Origin: an uncultured Eubacteriales bacterium
Lineage (GTDB): Bacteria; Bacillota; Clostridia; Christensenellales; UBA1242
Length of the DNA: 64,000 nt
Assembly (NCBI GenBank): GCA_949077035.1
Contig: CARUPR010000002.1
Coordinates: 4,218 to 68,217 of the forward strand
Direction of reading: 5' to 3'
The notes under the pieces are model-generated. The model ran no database searches. It was not told the DNA's origin and saw only the letters and a list, made by a program, of their open reading frames with translations. The position numbers and the translations under genes are program-made. Positions 7,001 through 15,740 of the stretch are shown here, piece after piece. Each line of letters opens with the position of its first letter. Within the stretch, counting starts at the first letter, position 1.

Positions 7001-9132
7001 TCAACCTCTTTTCCATTCATGATTTTTGAAAGTTGTCTGTCATTTGATTTTTCAATCATTGCTTCTTGATTGTTTATCATTGACTGAATTTTCTCTTCAT
7101 TTCTTACAACAACATCAAGATGATTGATAAAATCATTTAAATAGTCCGCCTTATTTTCAGAGAACATATTATTGATAAACTTATCTTTTTTATCTTCTGG
7201 AATATTGTTGAAATTTGAATTGATGAAATTATTGATAAGAACATTTCTTTTTTCGGTTGTTGTTTCATTTTGGATATTTTTCAGTGAAGAAAGCATATTT
7301 TGCTTGATTTTAAGACCATCACTGCTCATAAGTCTATCAAATCTTGGGATAGAATGTTCAGCTTCTAAATCTTGTGAGAAACCAACACCATAATTTTCAT
7401 AAATGTTGTAAAAACTATTTGCATTTTCATTTGAGAGGTAGAGGAAGTTGTAAAGTTCTTGCTCTCTTTTATACATATTTTCAACAGATTTGTTTAAATC
7501 TTTTTCGTTTTCATGGAATTTTTCGGCAAATTTGTTGTCTTCATCTTCCTGCTCTTCAATTTCGGCAACTCTGCTGTAAGCTATGTCAAATGATTTGATG
7601 ACAGCTTTATCTTTAAAGGCGACCATTGCTGAGCCAACCCCGACAAGAGCCATTCCAATAAAAGCTAGGGCGACAAGACCTCCAGTAAGCAATGCACCAA
7701 TACCAATGAAGAAGCCTAAAACAGCAATTGCATTTCCATAGTTTTCGGCGAACTTTTTAAAGTCATGTTCTTTTGTCGATTTTATTAAAGGCTTGTCTTT
7801 ATCATCCTCTTTGTCTTCTGGTTTTGCTTCTGTTTCTTGCTGAGGTTTTTTGTCATCTTTGTCATTTTCATTATTTTCCTCTGGGGGTTTTTTGTCATCT
7901 ACAATAGGCTCTACAAAATCATGGTTTTCATCTTCCTCTTCAGGCGTTTTATCGTCACTGCCATCATCGTCATCATCATCATTATCGTCAAAAAGCATAT
8001 TATAAGTTTCTGGCTTAAGATTATAAACATAGTCTGCATAATCTCTTTCATCCTTTTTAGAGAAGACCAAACCGCCAATTGTTTTATCAGTTTCTGCAGG
8101 CTCTTTTGCAGCCTCATAACCTGAAAGCTGACTTAATAATTCAATTGCCTGCTTTGACTGAGAAGTGAAATTGCCGTCTTTATCCTGTTTTAAATCTAAG
8201 GCAATAGAGCGTCTGTTGACAGAATTTTTGTTTTTTGCCGACTTAGGTGCAATTTGAATCACAAGCCTTGGGACTTCCACTCCATTTACAACTTCATAAA
8301 GAAGATTCATTTTTTCAAGTCTTTCAAATTTTCCATTGATAAAAAGGAAGTTGTCTTTTGTATTATCTTTTTCGTTTTGTTTTGAAATAAAGAAATAAGG
8401 TATATTGTCGGTATTATCTTTTTCGCTGCTAGGGTCAATAGTGGTGATTGAATAATCTCCAAATTTTGCAGATTCATTGCCACGATAAATTCCTGCATAG
8501 AGTGCAAGATTTTTTATTGGGAAGTCGTTTAGGTCTTTAGGTGAGGCATAACTTTTGCCAGAAGCCTTGTTTGTTGTCCTAAACATCTCATTGTCTTTGT
8601 CAAGGAAGGCTTCAACCGCACTTGCATTTAATGACACATCAACGCCAATGCCGGCTTGAAAATCTGAAGTATGAGAGAAAACATTGCCTTCATTATCGGC
8701 GATTTTTATTGATGTCGCATCAGAAGTGATTGTATAAACTTTGCCGCTTGATGCTGTAATTTGAAAGCAAGTTGCGCCATGCTCTTTTGAAATGGTTATG
8801 CTGCCTTGACCAGGTTTTATGTCAAGGGTGGCGGTCCCTAATTCATCAACAAGAGTTTTGCCATCAGCAGTTTTAAAGAGTGAGAGGTCGGAAAATTTGA
8901 GGGTATAACCATCATCCTTAGCCTTATCGATAGAAAAAATTTCTCGCTTAGTAGGAGTGCCATTTTCAAAAACTTGGTCAGAAAATTCAAAGAAATGCTC
9001 GGATAATGGGTCGATTGCCAAAGTTTGTCCTACGACAATTTCTTTTCCTTCTTGATTTTTTAATTTTTTACCATTCTTATCAACAGGTGAAATTTTGTTT
9101 GTCAAAGAATTAATATTATTTAAAATAGCCAT
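4063..9132 (-). CDS. Giant (1,689 aa) membrane-anchored coiled-coil protein of unknown function
   Basis: The reading frame is uninterrupted. I place the start at ATG 9132, where AAGGAG lies 6 nt upstream; the ORF-track start at 9147 contains that RBS. There is no signal peptide. An N-terminal domain of about 400 aa is followed by an acidic run (DDNDDDDDDGSDD) and a roughly 39-residue hydrophobic hairpin (AIAVLGFFIGIGALLTGGLVALAFIGMALVGVGSAMVAF). The remaining ~1,100 aa are K/E/N-rich and look helical. Confidence 0.8.
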   Translation of the reverse strand: MAILNNINSLTNKISPVDKNGKKLKNQEGKEIVVGQTLAIDPLSEHFFEFSDQVFENGTPTKREIFSIDKAKDDGYTLKFSDLSLFKTADGKTLVDELGTATLDIKPGQGSITISKEHGATCFQITASSGKVYTITSDATSIKIADNEGNVFSHTSDFQAGIGVDVSLNASAVEAFLDKDNEMFRTTNKASGKSYASPKDLNDFPIKNLALYAGIYRGNESAKFGDYSITTIDPSSEKDNTDNIPYFFISKQNEKDNTKDNFLFINGKFERLEKMNLLYEVVNGVEVPRLVIQIAPKSAKNKNSVNRRSIALDLKQDKDGNFTSQSKQAIELLSQLSGYEAAKEPAETDKTIGGLVFSKKDERDYADYVYNLKPETYNMLFDDNDDDDDDGSDDKTPEEEDENHDFVEPIVDDKKPPEENNENDKDDKKPQQETEAKPEDKEDDKDKPLIKSTKEHDFKKFAENYGNAIAVLGFFIGIGALLTGGLVALAFIGMALVGVGSAMVAFKDKAVIKSFDIAYSRVAEIEEQEDEDNKFAEKFHENEKDLNKSVENMYKREQELYNFLYLSNENANSFYNIYENYGVGFSQDLEAEHSIPRFDRLMSSDGLKIKQNMLSSLKNIQNETTTEKRNVLINNFINSNFNNIPEDKKDKFINNMFSENKADYLNDFINHLDVVVRNEEKIQSMINNQEAMIEKSNDRQLSKIMNGKEVDQVTRKKILDRYAHAIIRRLSVDKNINETKLDMILKDVPNEEKVEIFDSLIAANDNINSSLDKIDVIAKENRDSIANLQQAANYAKVMNELESNQKEDKFHSYQEARNSVEQIILNKSIRSIITKDKEIASNINLDDFAYSFILEEFNNDAYTTDCQNLITQLFTDFNNLFDAPLEKGVPSGIILPDLKKPNLESNQGTFDEIIATISSQKDKQNNMSEKAIELSEAYNAIQTKIFNNISTKTSDLCKNILTDISTTFGKNINQLNVSEDEVLNKVTSLKNTFMLDMRYTEVDLTNIATTLSIIEKAIEIHPFENAIADDNMIKLSKEKIDNYKSTINVIENVLNGSYFELCFDRALVDAGCNYSKTKLNQTIDKFNITTEMLEQQLNDAKTNIQGYQNTNRLIDALNLSTEHEEGKLSERQNLINKLKEISSGKDISTAISDMLKNKKITTNIGSLKFDDIYKKGIILKDEKDASSKEFSIKKAEEFINNQINILNAHAKVESHCYDKTLGEKTVDNELNRQKAKHNKNKKKANGLEDINNVYDLILNLLKQENKLPTTENAQPLLGYANFKRNYKQELIDYIVENPEASPKNIAKHFGIYNSQFKKEYKEISKNGLSIDAQKELWIKENKFKEFSNIAEEFKYCWEESIKNNNYNFLNMFVDNAIIDKKMKKKISADVKRAADYSNELLSSIGLNAKDLQDILKDENKDNIKNKLNEIDNTGIEKQVNANLTDKQNEIETLKIKKDLLNEDDKNLLDELNQLDQLNQDIETFEKKVGFIESLAEKGVPEDIVDKAIEAFAKGDTKFFEKQAVEIKNDDKIDYTLLINLCKDANIDFEAIDPVLLRRLKIKPEELAKSDKKKKLLQKIRNDLKVLQQEKNEDFSASYKKALTTKMEKPFEKQERRERGNGLRNLFKLFSKAKEKAQAPEKDWLKSDSIKKQSESYTNISSEKENKNETVKDDNNKPKEQEPEQKEMGE

Positions 9133-9374
9133 TAAATTCTCCTTCATAAATATATATTAATAATATTATACAACCTTATATAATAAAAGTCAAGATTTCG
9201 ACATTGTTTGTGCCTAAAATTTGAAAAATTGGAAATAAATTTTATAGAAGTAGTTTATTTGACAAGGTTTTGACAAAATCTACCCTTAAAGTTGAGATTA
9301 ATGGCAAATTTATTTTGACTTTTTATCTTTTTTTGTATAAAATATTATACTGAAAGTGTTTATAAGGAGAAATA

Positions 9375-12098
9375 ATGGGACTTTTTGGAAGTGAGAACAA
9401 TTCACAAATTAGAAAACTTAAGAAGATAGCTGACAAAGTCATCCTTCTTGAAGATAAATATAAAGATTATTCAAACGAGCAGCTTAGGGCTTGCACAGAT
9501 GAATTTAAAGACAGATATAAGGCGGGTGCATCACTCAATGACCTTTTGCCAGAAGCTTTTGCAGTAATTAGAGAGGCTTCATCGAGAGTTTTGAATATGC
9601 GTCATTTTTATTCACAAATTATTGGCGGTATTGCAATTCATCAAGGCAGAATTGCCGAAATGGCGACAGGTGAAGGTAAAACTTTGGTGGCGACTCTTCC
9701 TGTTTACCTAAATGCAATCTCTGGCAAAGGTGTTCATGTTGTCACTGTCAATGACTATTTGGCAAAACGTGACGCCGAATGGATGGGAAAGGTTTATAAG
9801 TTCTTGGGCTTGACTGTGGGCATTTCAATTTCCGGTCAAAGCGACAAACAAAAAAGAGAGGCCTATAGATGCGACATCACCTATGCGACAAATAATGAAC
9901 TTGGCTTTGATTATCTTCGTGATAATATGGCAGGCAATAAAAATGCAAGAGTGCTTCGTGGTCTCAACTTTGCAGTTGTTGATGAAGTGGATAGTATCTT
10001 GATTGATGAAGCCAGAACTCCTCTTATTATAAGTGGTATGAGCGGCAAATCATCTGACGGCTATCTTCAAGCACAAAAGTTTGTTAATACATTAAAACAA
10101 GAGGAAGATGTTGAAATTGATGTAAAAACAAAACAGATAAATATGACTGAAAGCGGTATAAGCAAGGCAGAAGCCTTTTTCAAAATTGAAAACCTTTCTG
10201 ACCTTGAAAATTTGGAGCTTAACCATTATATCAACAATGCTTTGAAGGCAAACTTTATCATGCACCGCGATGCAAATTATGTGGTAAAAGATGGCGAAGT
10301 GGTAATTGTTGATGAATTTACCGGTCGTCTTTCAATAGGCAGACGTTTCAGCTCTGGCTTGCATCAGGCTATTGAAGCTAAAGAAGGTGTTGACATTCGT
10401 GATGAAAACCAAACTTTTGCGACCATAACCTTCCAAAATTTCTTCAGACTTTACAACAAACTCTCTGGTATGACAGGAACAGCCAAGACAGAAGAAGGTG
10501 AGTTTAGGACAATTTATAATCTTGACGTTGTTGTCATTCCTCCAAACAAGCCAAAGCAAAGAATAGACTATCCTGATATCATGTATGCCTCAGAAAAGGG
10601 CAAGATAAAGGCTATTATTGAAGAGATAAAAGATTGTGAAGAAAAGGGACAACCAGTGCTTGTCGGAACAATCAATATTGATAAGTCAGAACTTATCTCT
10701 CATGCTTTAAAATCTGCAGGAATAAAGCATCAGGTGTTAAACGCCAAAAATAATGAAAAAGAAAGTGAAATTGTTGCTCAGGCGGGAAGAAAAGGTGCTG
10801 TGACTATTGCCACCAACATGGCTGGTCGTGGAACTGATATCTTGCTTGGCGGAAACCCTGAATTTATGGCAACCAAAGAGATGAGAAACAATGGTTTCAG
10901 CGAAGAGGAAATTCTTTATGCAACAGCTTTCAACTTTGTTGATGATGAAAAACTCAACAAGGCAAGAGAGGTTTACAGCAATCTCTATGAAAAATATAAA
11001 AAGGTCACCGATGAAGAAAAAGAAGAGGTGAAAAAATTGGGTGGTCTTCACATCGTGGGGACAGAACGTCATGAATCAAGACGTATCGATAATCAGCTTC
11101 GTGGTCGTGCAGGCCGTCAAGGTGACCCAGGCTCAAGTGTATTTTTCCTTTCACCAGAAGATGACCTATTGATGCGTTTTGCTGATGACAAATTAAAAAG
11201 GATATTCCAATTCTTCAAGATTGATGATGATGTGCCTTTCCAAGTTAAGCTGATTGCGAAACACGTTGAAAAAGCACAAAGAAAGATAGAACTTCAAAAT
11301 TTTGGCATCAGAAAATCGGTTCTTCAATTTGACGATGTCATGAATAAGCAAAGAGAAATCATCTATAATGAAAGAAATAAGGTGCTTGACGGAGAGCCAG
11401 TTCATGAACAAATTATGAATATGTTTCCAGAAGTTGTTGCAAAAAGTGTTTATAAAATTATCAGCGATGACAAACCTTATTATGAATGGGATTTAGAGGC
11501 TCTTAAGAAAGAACTTGAAAAAGGTCTTATCGAGAAAGATGGCAATCTTATCACAGAAGCCTTTGTTGAAGAATGTGACGCAGATGATGTCATTGAAAAA
11601 GTGCTTGCTGATATAGAGAAGAGATATAAAGAGCGTCAAGAAAATTTAGCCCAAATGGGTGTTGATTTTGAAGATATCGAAAGAAACGTCCTTCTTCGTA
11701 TGGTTGATATAAATTGGATGAGCCAGATTGAAGATATGCAGATAATGAAAGATGAAATCATAGCCAGACAATATGGCCAACAAGACCCTGTGCTTGCTTA
11801 TAAAAAAGAAGGCTTTGATATGTTTGATAAGATGATTGAAAAAATCAGAGAAAACACCTGCAAAATCTTGCTTAATGCTCAAATTCAACAGGCACCAGAA
11901 GAGCCAAAACCACAACCGGTTAAAATCACTTTTACAGGCAAAGAGCTCACCCCTGAAGAGAGGGCAGCAAAGAAGGCAAAAGAAAAATTAAAAATTCAAA
12001 AAACTGTCTATAATGACAAACCAAAAATAGGCAGAAATGACTTATGCAGTTGCGGCTCGGGCAAGAAGTATAAAAATTGCTGCGGAAGAGATAATTAA
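9375..12098 (+). CDS. secA: Preprotein translocase ATPase SecA
   Basis: MATGEGKTL is the Walker A motif and DEVDSILIDEARTPLIIS the DEAD-like motif. The C-terminal zinc motif reads CSCGSGKKYKNCCG. Confidence 0.97.
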   Translation: MGLFGSENNSQIRKLKKIADKVILLEDKYKDYSNEQLRACTDEFKDRYKAGASLNDLLPEAFAVIREASSRVLNMRHFYSQIIGGIAIHQGRIAEMATGEGKTLVATLPVYLNAISGKGVHVVTVNDYLAKRDAEWMGKVYKFLGLTVGISISGQSDKQKREAYRCDITYATNNELGFDYLRDNMAGNKNARVLRGLNFAVVDEVDSILIDEARTPLIISGMSGKSSDGYLQAQKFVNTLKQEEDVEIDVKTKQINMTESGISKAEAFFKIENLSDLENLELNHYINNALKANFIMHRDANYVVKDGEVVIVDEFTGRLSIGRRFSSGLHQAIEAKEGVDIRDENQTFATITFQNFFRLYNKLSGMTGTAKTEEGEFRTIYNLDVVVIPPNKPKQRIDYPDIMYASEKGKIKAIIEEIKDCEEKGQPVLVGTINIDKSELISHALKSAGIKHQVLNAKNNEKESEIVAQAGRKGAVTIATNMAGRGTDILLGGNPEFMATKEMRNNGFSEEEILYATAFNFVDDEKLNKAREVYSNLYEKYKKVTDEEKEEVKKLGGLHIVGTERHESRRIDNQLRGRAGRQGDPGSSVFFLSPEDDLLMRFADDKLKRIFQFFKIDDDVPFQVKLIAKHVEKAQRKIELQNFGIRKSVLQFDDVMNKQREIIYNERNKVLDGEPVHEQIMNMFPEVVAKSVYKIISDDKPYYEWDLEALKKELEKGLIEKDGNLITEAFVEECDADDVIEKVLADIEKRYKERQENLAQMGVDFEDIERNVLLRMVDINWMSQIEDMQIMKDEIIARQYGQQDPVLAYKKEGFDMFDKMIEKIRENTCKILLNAQIQQAPEEPKPQPVKITFTGKELTPEERAAKKAKEKLKIQKTVYNDKPKIGRNDLCSCGSGKKYKNCCGRDN

Positions 12099-12229
12099 GA
12101 AAAAAATAGCATTTTTTAAGTAAAAACACATATTTTTTCGCTTTTTAAGCTTAGTTTTGCTATATTATCAAAAATTATCATATAATTCAGCTCATTCTTG
12201 AATTGAAATTTTATAATAAATAATTTAAA

Positions 12230-12258
12230 ATCTATCCTCTTTATAGGGTAGATTTTTT
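12230..12258 (+). terminator. Intrinsic terminator after secA
   Basis: ATCTATCC tctttata GGGTAGAT tttttt forms an 8-bp stem with one G-U pair. Confidence 0.6.
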
Positions 12259-12383
12259 AAGAAACTTAAAAGGCATAAATGAAATGATTGATTTTATCTA
12301 GTTTGACTAAATGAAAGGCTTTGACTTGTTTAGGCAAACAATATTAAAAAAAATTGCATATATTGAATTTGTGAGGTTAAAAA

Positions 12384-13286
12384 ATGGAACTTGTAGTATT
12401 GGCTGGAGGAATTGGAAGTCGATTTGGCGGGCTTAAACAGCTTTCACCGGTGGATGATGATGGTAATTTTATTTTAGATTATTCAGTTTTTGATGCAATA
12501 AAAGCTGGTTTTAAAAAGGTTATTTTTGTTATCAAAGAGGAAAACTTTGAAATATTTAAAGAAACAATTGGCAAAAGAGTTGAAAAATTTATTCAAACTG
12601 CCTATGTTTTTCAAAATAATGACAACATATCTGATAAAATTGTTTTGCCCAAAGATAGGACAAAACCACTCGGCACCGCTCATGCACTGCTTGCTGCCAA
12701 AGAAGAAGTTGATGAAAATTTTTTGGTGATAAATGCAGATGATTTTTATGGTCGAGAGTCCTTTGACGAGATTGCCCAAATTTTGAATAATCCACTGAAA
12801 GAAGATGAATGTATCATGGTTGGCTATAATCTAAAAGATACTCTTTCAGAAAGTGGAAATGTCAAAAGGGGAATTTGTAAGGTTGAGGATGGTTGCCTGC
12901 AAAATATTGAAGAACATGAAATTTTCTTATCTGACAAAACTTTGCAGGCAAGAAGCCTTGAAAAAGATTTCGACATTGTGAAAACTTTGACAGGAAATGA
13001 AATTGTTTCAATGAATATGATAGCTTTTAATAAAGATATTTTTGCTGAATTACAAAAAGGTTTTGAAGAATTTTTGAATGAAAATAAAGACAACTTATTG
13101 ACAGCAGAATATTTTCTTCCATCATTTATAAATGACCTAATTAGAAAAAATAAGCTGGTTATGAAAGTGATAAAAACTAAGGCGAAATGGCAGGGAATTA
13201 CCTTTAAAGAAGATTTAAATAAATTTAAAGAATTTATTAAAACTGAGAAAAAGCAACAAAAATATCCAAAAAATTTGTGGAAATAA
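12384..13286 (+). CDS. Sugar-phosphate nucleotidyltransferase family protein
   Basis: The N-terminal VLAGGIGSRFGG matches the G-G-x-G-S-R signature. PLGTAHALL and INADDFYG are also present. Confidence 0.6.
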   Translation: MELVVLAGGIGSRFGGLKQLSPVDDDGNFILDYSVFDAIKAGFKKVIFVIKEENFEIFKETIGKRVEKFIQTAYVFQNNDNISDKIVLPKDRTKPLGTAHALLAAKEEVDENFLVINADDFYGRESFDEIAQILNNPLKEDECIMVGYNLKDTLSESGNVKRGICKVEDGCLQNIEEHEIFLSDKTLQARSLEKDFDIVKTLTGNEIVSMNMIAFNKDIFAELQKGFEEFLNENKDNLLTAEYFLPSFINDLIRKNKLVMKVIKTKAKWQGITFKEDLNKFKEFIKTEKKQQKYPKNLWK

Positions 13287-13504
13287 ACACTTTTTTATTT
13301 AATTATTTAAATTTATCGGGTCATTTTTTAACAAAAAAAAGTATATAAACTTTTCACATAAGTATAAAAAAAGATTGATAAACATATATTAAAATAGTTT
13401 AAACAGGTGAAAAATGTTAAATTTTTCCAAAAAAATTGAAAAAAATGTTGTAAATGTTTTGTTTTAAATGCAAATTATGCTAAAATGTCTTTAAGGAGCT
13501 TTTA

Positions 13505-13786
13505 ATGAAAAGTTTTGTATACCCAGCGATATTTATAAAAGATAAAGAAGATGAATTATATCGCGTTCTTATCCCTGATTTAGAACTTACTACCGATGGT
13601 GCTTTTATGGAAGAGGCATATCTTTATGCTAAGGCAATGCTTAAAGCTTATTTCTCTTATGTCGATAAATATGACCTTGATTTCAATCTTCCTACCGATT
13701 TTGAAACTGTGAAAAAATCATGTGAAGAAGATGATATTGTTATGCTTCTTGATGCCGAAATTGAAGGTGAAGAAAAGGAAATATAG
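13505..13786 (+). CDS. HicB-like (UPF0150) antitoxin-fold protein with no HicA partner nearby
   Basis: YPAIFIKDKEDELYRVLIPDLELTTDGAFMEEAYLYAKAMLKAY fits the HicB N-terminal pattern. No HicA-sized ORF lies on either side. Confidence 0.45.
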   Translation: MKSFVYPAIFIKDKEDELYRVLIPDLELTTDGAFMEEAYLYAKAMLKAYFSYVDKYDLDFNLPTDFETVKKSCEEDDIVMLLDAEIEGEEKEI

Positions 13787-13853
13787 ATAAAAAATCGGCA
13801 CAAAAATTATTTAAAAATTATTTATAAAAATAGATATTAAATTAAAAAAATAG

Positions 13854-13882
13854 TTGACAATAAAAGTTTTTTATGATAGAAT
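13854..13882 (+). promoter_or_regulatory. SigmaA promoter of the rpmG-secE-nusG operon
   Basis: TTGACA (13854-13859), a 17-nt spacer, then TAGAAT (13877-13882). Confidence 0.7.
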
Positions 13883-13885
13883 ATG

Positions 13886-13917
13886 ACTAACATCTCTTGT
13901 GGGGTGTTAGTTTTTTT
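13886..13917 (+). terminator. Terminator-like hairpin starting 4 nt after the rpmG -10 box
   Basis: ACTAACATC tcttgtgg GGTGTTAGT forms a 9-bp stem followed by seven T (13911-13917). The RBS AGGAGAAGGA is at 13921-13930. Confidence 0.55.
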
Positions 13918-13932
13918 GTTAGGAGAAGGAAT

Positions 13933-14094
13933 ATGGCATTACCAAAACGTAAAAATATTATCTTGGCTTGCACAGAATGTCAGGAAAGAAATTATGCTAC
14001 AAGCAAAAATACATCAGCAAATCCTGAAAGAATTGAGATTACAAAATTTTGTTCAAGATGCGGAAAAAGAACTGTTCATAAAGAAACAAAATAA
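13933..14094 (+). CDS. rpmG: 50S ribosomal protein L33
   Basis: [53 protein letters not shown] carries a C4 zinc ribbon. I moved the start to ATG 13933, directly behind the RBS. Confidence 0.95.
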   Translation: MALPKRKNIILACTECQERNYATSKNTSANPERIEITKFCSRCGKRTVHKETK

Positions 14095-14105
14095 TTGGAG
14101 GTTTT

Positions 14106-14447
14106 ATGTCTAAAAAGAAAAACAACAACCAGATGACTGCAAATGAGCAGGCTGGCTTGCAAACAAAAGACACTGAAAAAACCGAGAAAGTCAAACAAAG
14201 CGAGATTAAAAACTCTAAGTCTCAAAAAAATGTTAAAAAAGCCAAAAAAGACAAAAAGGACAAGGGCAGCCTTAAAAGAAAGGCAAAAGAAACAGTGGCA
14301 GAACTTAAAAATGTCACATGGCCTACCTTTGGCGAAGTTTGCAAAAGGACAGGCGTTGTTTTAGTGGTTGTTCTTGTATTTGCGGTTATTATTTTTGGCA
14401 TGGATTATGGTTTAGGGGCTCTTATGACGCTTCTGACTAAGAGATAA
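14106..14447 (+). CDS. secE: Preprotein translocase subunit SecE with a long Lys-rich N-terminal extension
   Basis: The C-terminal AELKNVTWPTFGEVCKRTGVVLVVVLVFAVIIFGMDYGL is the SecE core. Its position between rpmG and nusG fits. About 60 extra K-rich residues precede the core. Confidence 0.85.
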   Translation: MSKKKNNNQMTANEQAGLQTKDTEKTEKVKQSEIKNSKSQKNVKKAKKDKKDKGSLKRKAKETVAELKNVTWPTFGEVCKRTGVVLVVVLVFAVIIFGMDYGLGALMTLLTKR

Positions 14448-14459
14448 AGGCGGGCTTAT

Positions 14460-15110
14460 ATGGAAGAAAAAGATTTGATTGCACCTGAATTGGGTGAAAA
14501 TGAAGTTGAAAATAATCAATCAACCACTTTGGTAGAAGGTGAAAAAGAGCTTAGCGAAGATGAACTTGCTTACAAAGAATTTGTAGATGGCTTAGAGGCT
14601 AAATGGTATGTTCTTCACACTTTTTCAGGTTATGAAAATGTTGCAAAAGAAAATCTTGAAACTGTGATTGAAAAATTCAATCTTCAAGACAGAATTTTTG
14701 AAATTGTCATTCCTATGGAAGATGTAGTTGAAGAAAAAAATGGCAAGAAAAAACTTGTTCAACGCAAAGCTATGCCTTGCTATATCCTTGTAAAAATGAA
14801 ATATGCAGATGACCTTTGGCATAATGTAATTTATACTCGTGGTATTACAGGTTTTGTTGGTCCAAAAGGAAGACCTTTGGCACTTACCGAAGAAGAAGTA
14901 ATCAAACTTAGACTTGAAAAAATCAAAGTGGAAGTTGATATCGTGCCTGGAGATAATGTTGAAATTATCGAAGGTGCTTTAAACAGCATGGTTGGTGTTG
15001 TGCAAACTGTAAATGTTGAAGAAGGTGTTGCTTCTGTCAGTGTTGAAATGTTTGGTCGCGATACTATTGTAGATGTTCAATTATCACAAATTCATAAAAT
15101 TAATGCTTAA
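14460..15110 (+). CDS. nusG: Transcription termination/antitermination factor NusG
   Basis: KWYVLHTFSGYENVAKENLE marks the NGN domain and the C-terminal PGDNVEIIEGALNSMVGVV is the KOW motif. An acidic N-terminal extension is present. Confidence 0.95.
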   Translation: MEEKDLIAPELGENEVENNQSTTLVEGEKELSEDELAYKEFVDGLEAKWYVLHTFSGYENVAKENLETVIEKFNLQDRIFEIVIPMEDVVEEKNGKKKLVQRKAMPCYILVKMKYADDLWHNVIYTRGITGFVGPKGRPLALTEEEVIKLRLEKIKVEVDIVPGDNVEIIEGALNSMVGVVQTVNVEEGVASVSVEMFGRDTIVDVQLSQIHKINA

Positions 15111-15300
15111 AATTTAAACAATATTATCAAAAGCTTTTAAAAAGCTGTATGATAAAATTGGGCAAAATAAAAAATTTTTGAAATTCTGTGCCCGAAATCG
15201 GCAGAAAATAGGGCACAAAAAATGAAAACATTAAAGTTTTCAGATATATGTGGGAGAACGGCTTCTGCACTCGTTCATATCACCACAAAAGGAGGAAAAA

Positions 15301-15729
15301 ATGGCAGAAAAGAAAATCACAGCAGTTGTAAAATTACAACTCGAAGCTGGTAAAGCCACTCCTGGACCTCCAGTTGGTTCAACTCTTGGACCTCATGGAA
15401 TCAACCTGGGTGCATTTACCAAAGAATTTAATGAGAAGACAGCTTCTCAAGCAGGACTTATTATTCCTGTTGTAGTAACTATCTATGCAGATAGAAGTTT
15501 CTCATTCGTGCTCAAAACCCCACCAGCAGCTATTCTTATTAAGAAGGCAATTGGTCTTGACAAGGGTTCTGCAGTGCCACACAAAACAAAAGTCGGACAA
15601 ATCACTAAAGCTCAAATCAGACAAATCGCTGAAACAAAGATGCCAGACCTTAACTGCACATCAATTGAATCTGCAATGTCTATGATAGCTGGTGCCGCTC
15701 GTAGTATGGGCGTCACTGTAGTAGACTAA
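15301..15729 (+). CDS. rplK: 50S ribosomal protein L11
   Basis: [35 protein letters not shown]. The start is set at ATG 15301, behind the GGAGGA RBS. Confidence 0.97.
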   Translation: MAEKKITAVVKLQLEAGKATPGPPVGSTLGPHGINLGAFTKEFNEKTASQAGLIIPVVVTIYADRSFSFVLKTPPAAILIKKAIGLDKGSAVPHKTKVGQITKAQIRQIAETKMPDLNCTSIESAMSMIAGAARSMGVTVVD

Positions 15730-15740
15730 GGAGGCGATTT

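Noticed and set aside
4011-8507. Multiple 60-140-aa ORFs on both strands overlapping the giant gene at 4063-9132. The same applies to ORFs overlapping 17794-26262, secA and recD2.
   Set aside because: They are K/L/I/F-rich translations of AT-rich coding DNA in wrong frames. They have no RBS and are fully nested in strongly supported genes.
13897-15300. Longer ORF-track starts for rpmG (13897) and rplK (15250), and similar extensions for rplJ (62502), the ankyrin gene (57044), the lipoprotein (49222), rubrerythrin (46141) and the two-TM paralogs
   Set aside because: In each case an internal ATG sits at canonical distance from a strong Shine-Dalgarno site and reproduces the conserved N-terminus. 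The extensions translate leader sequence.
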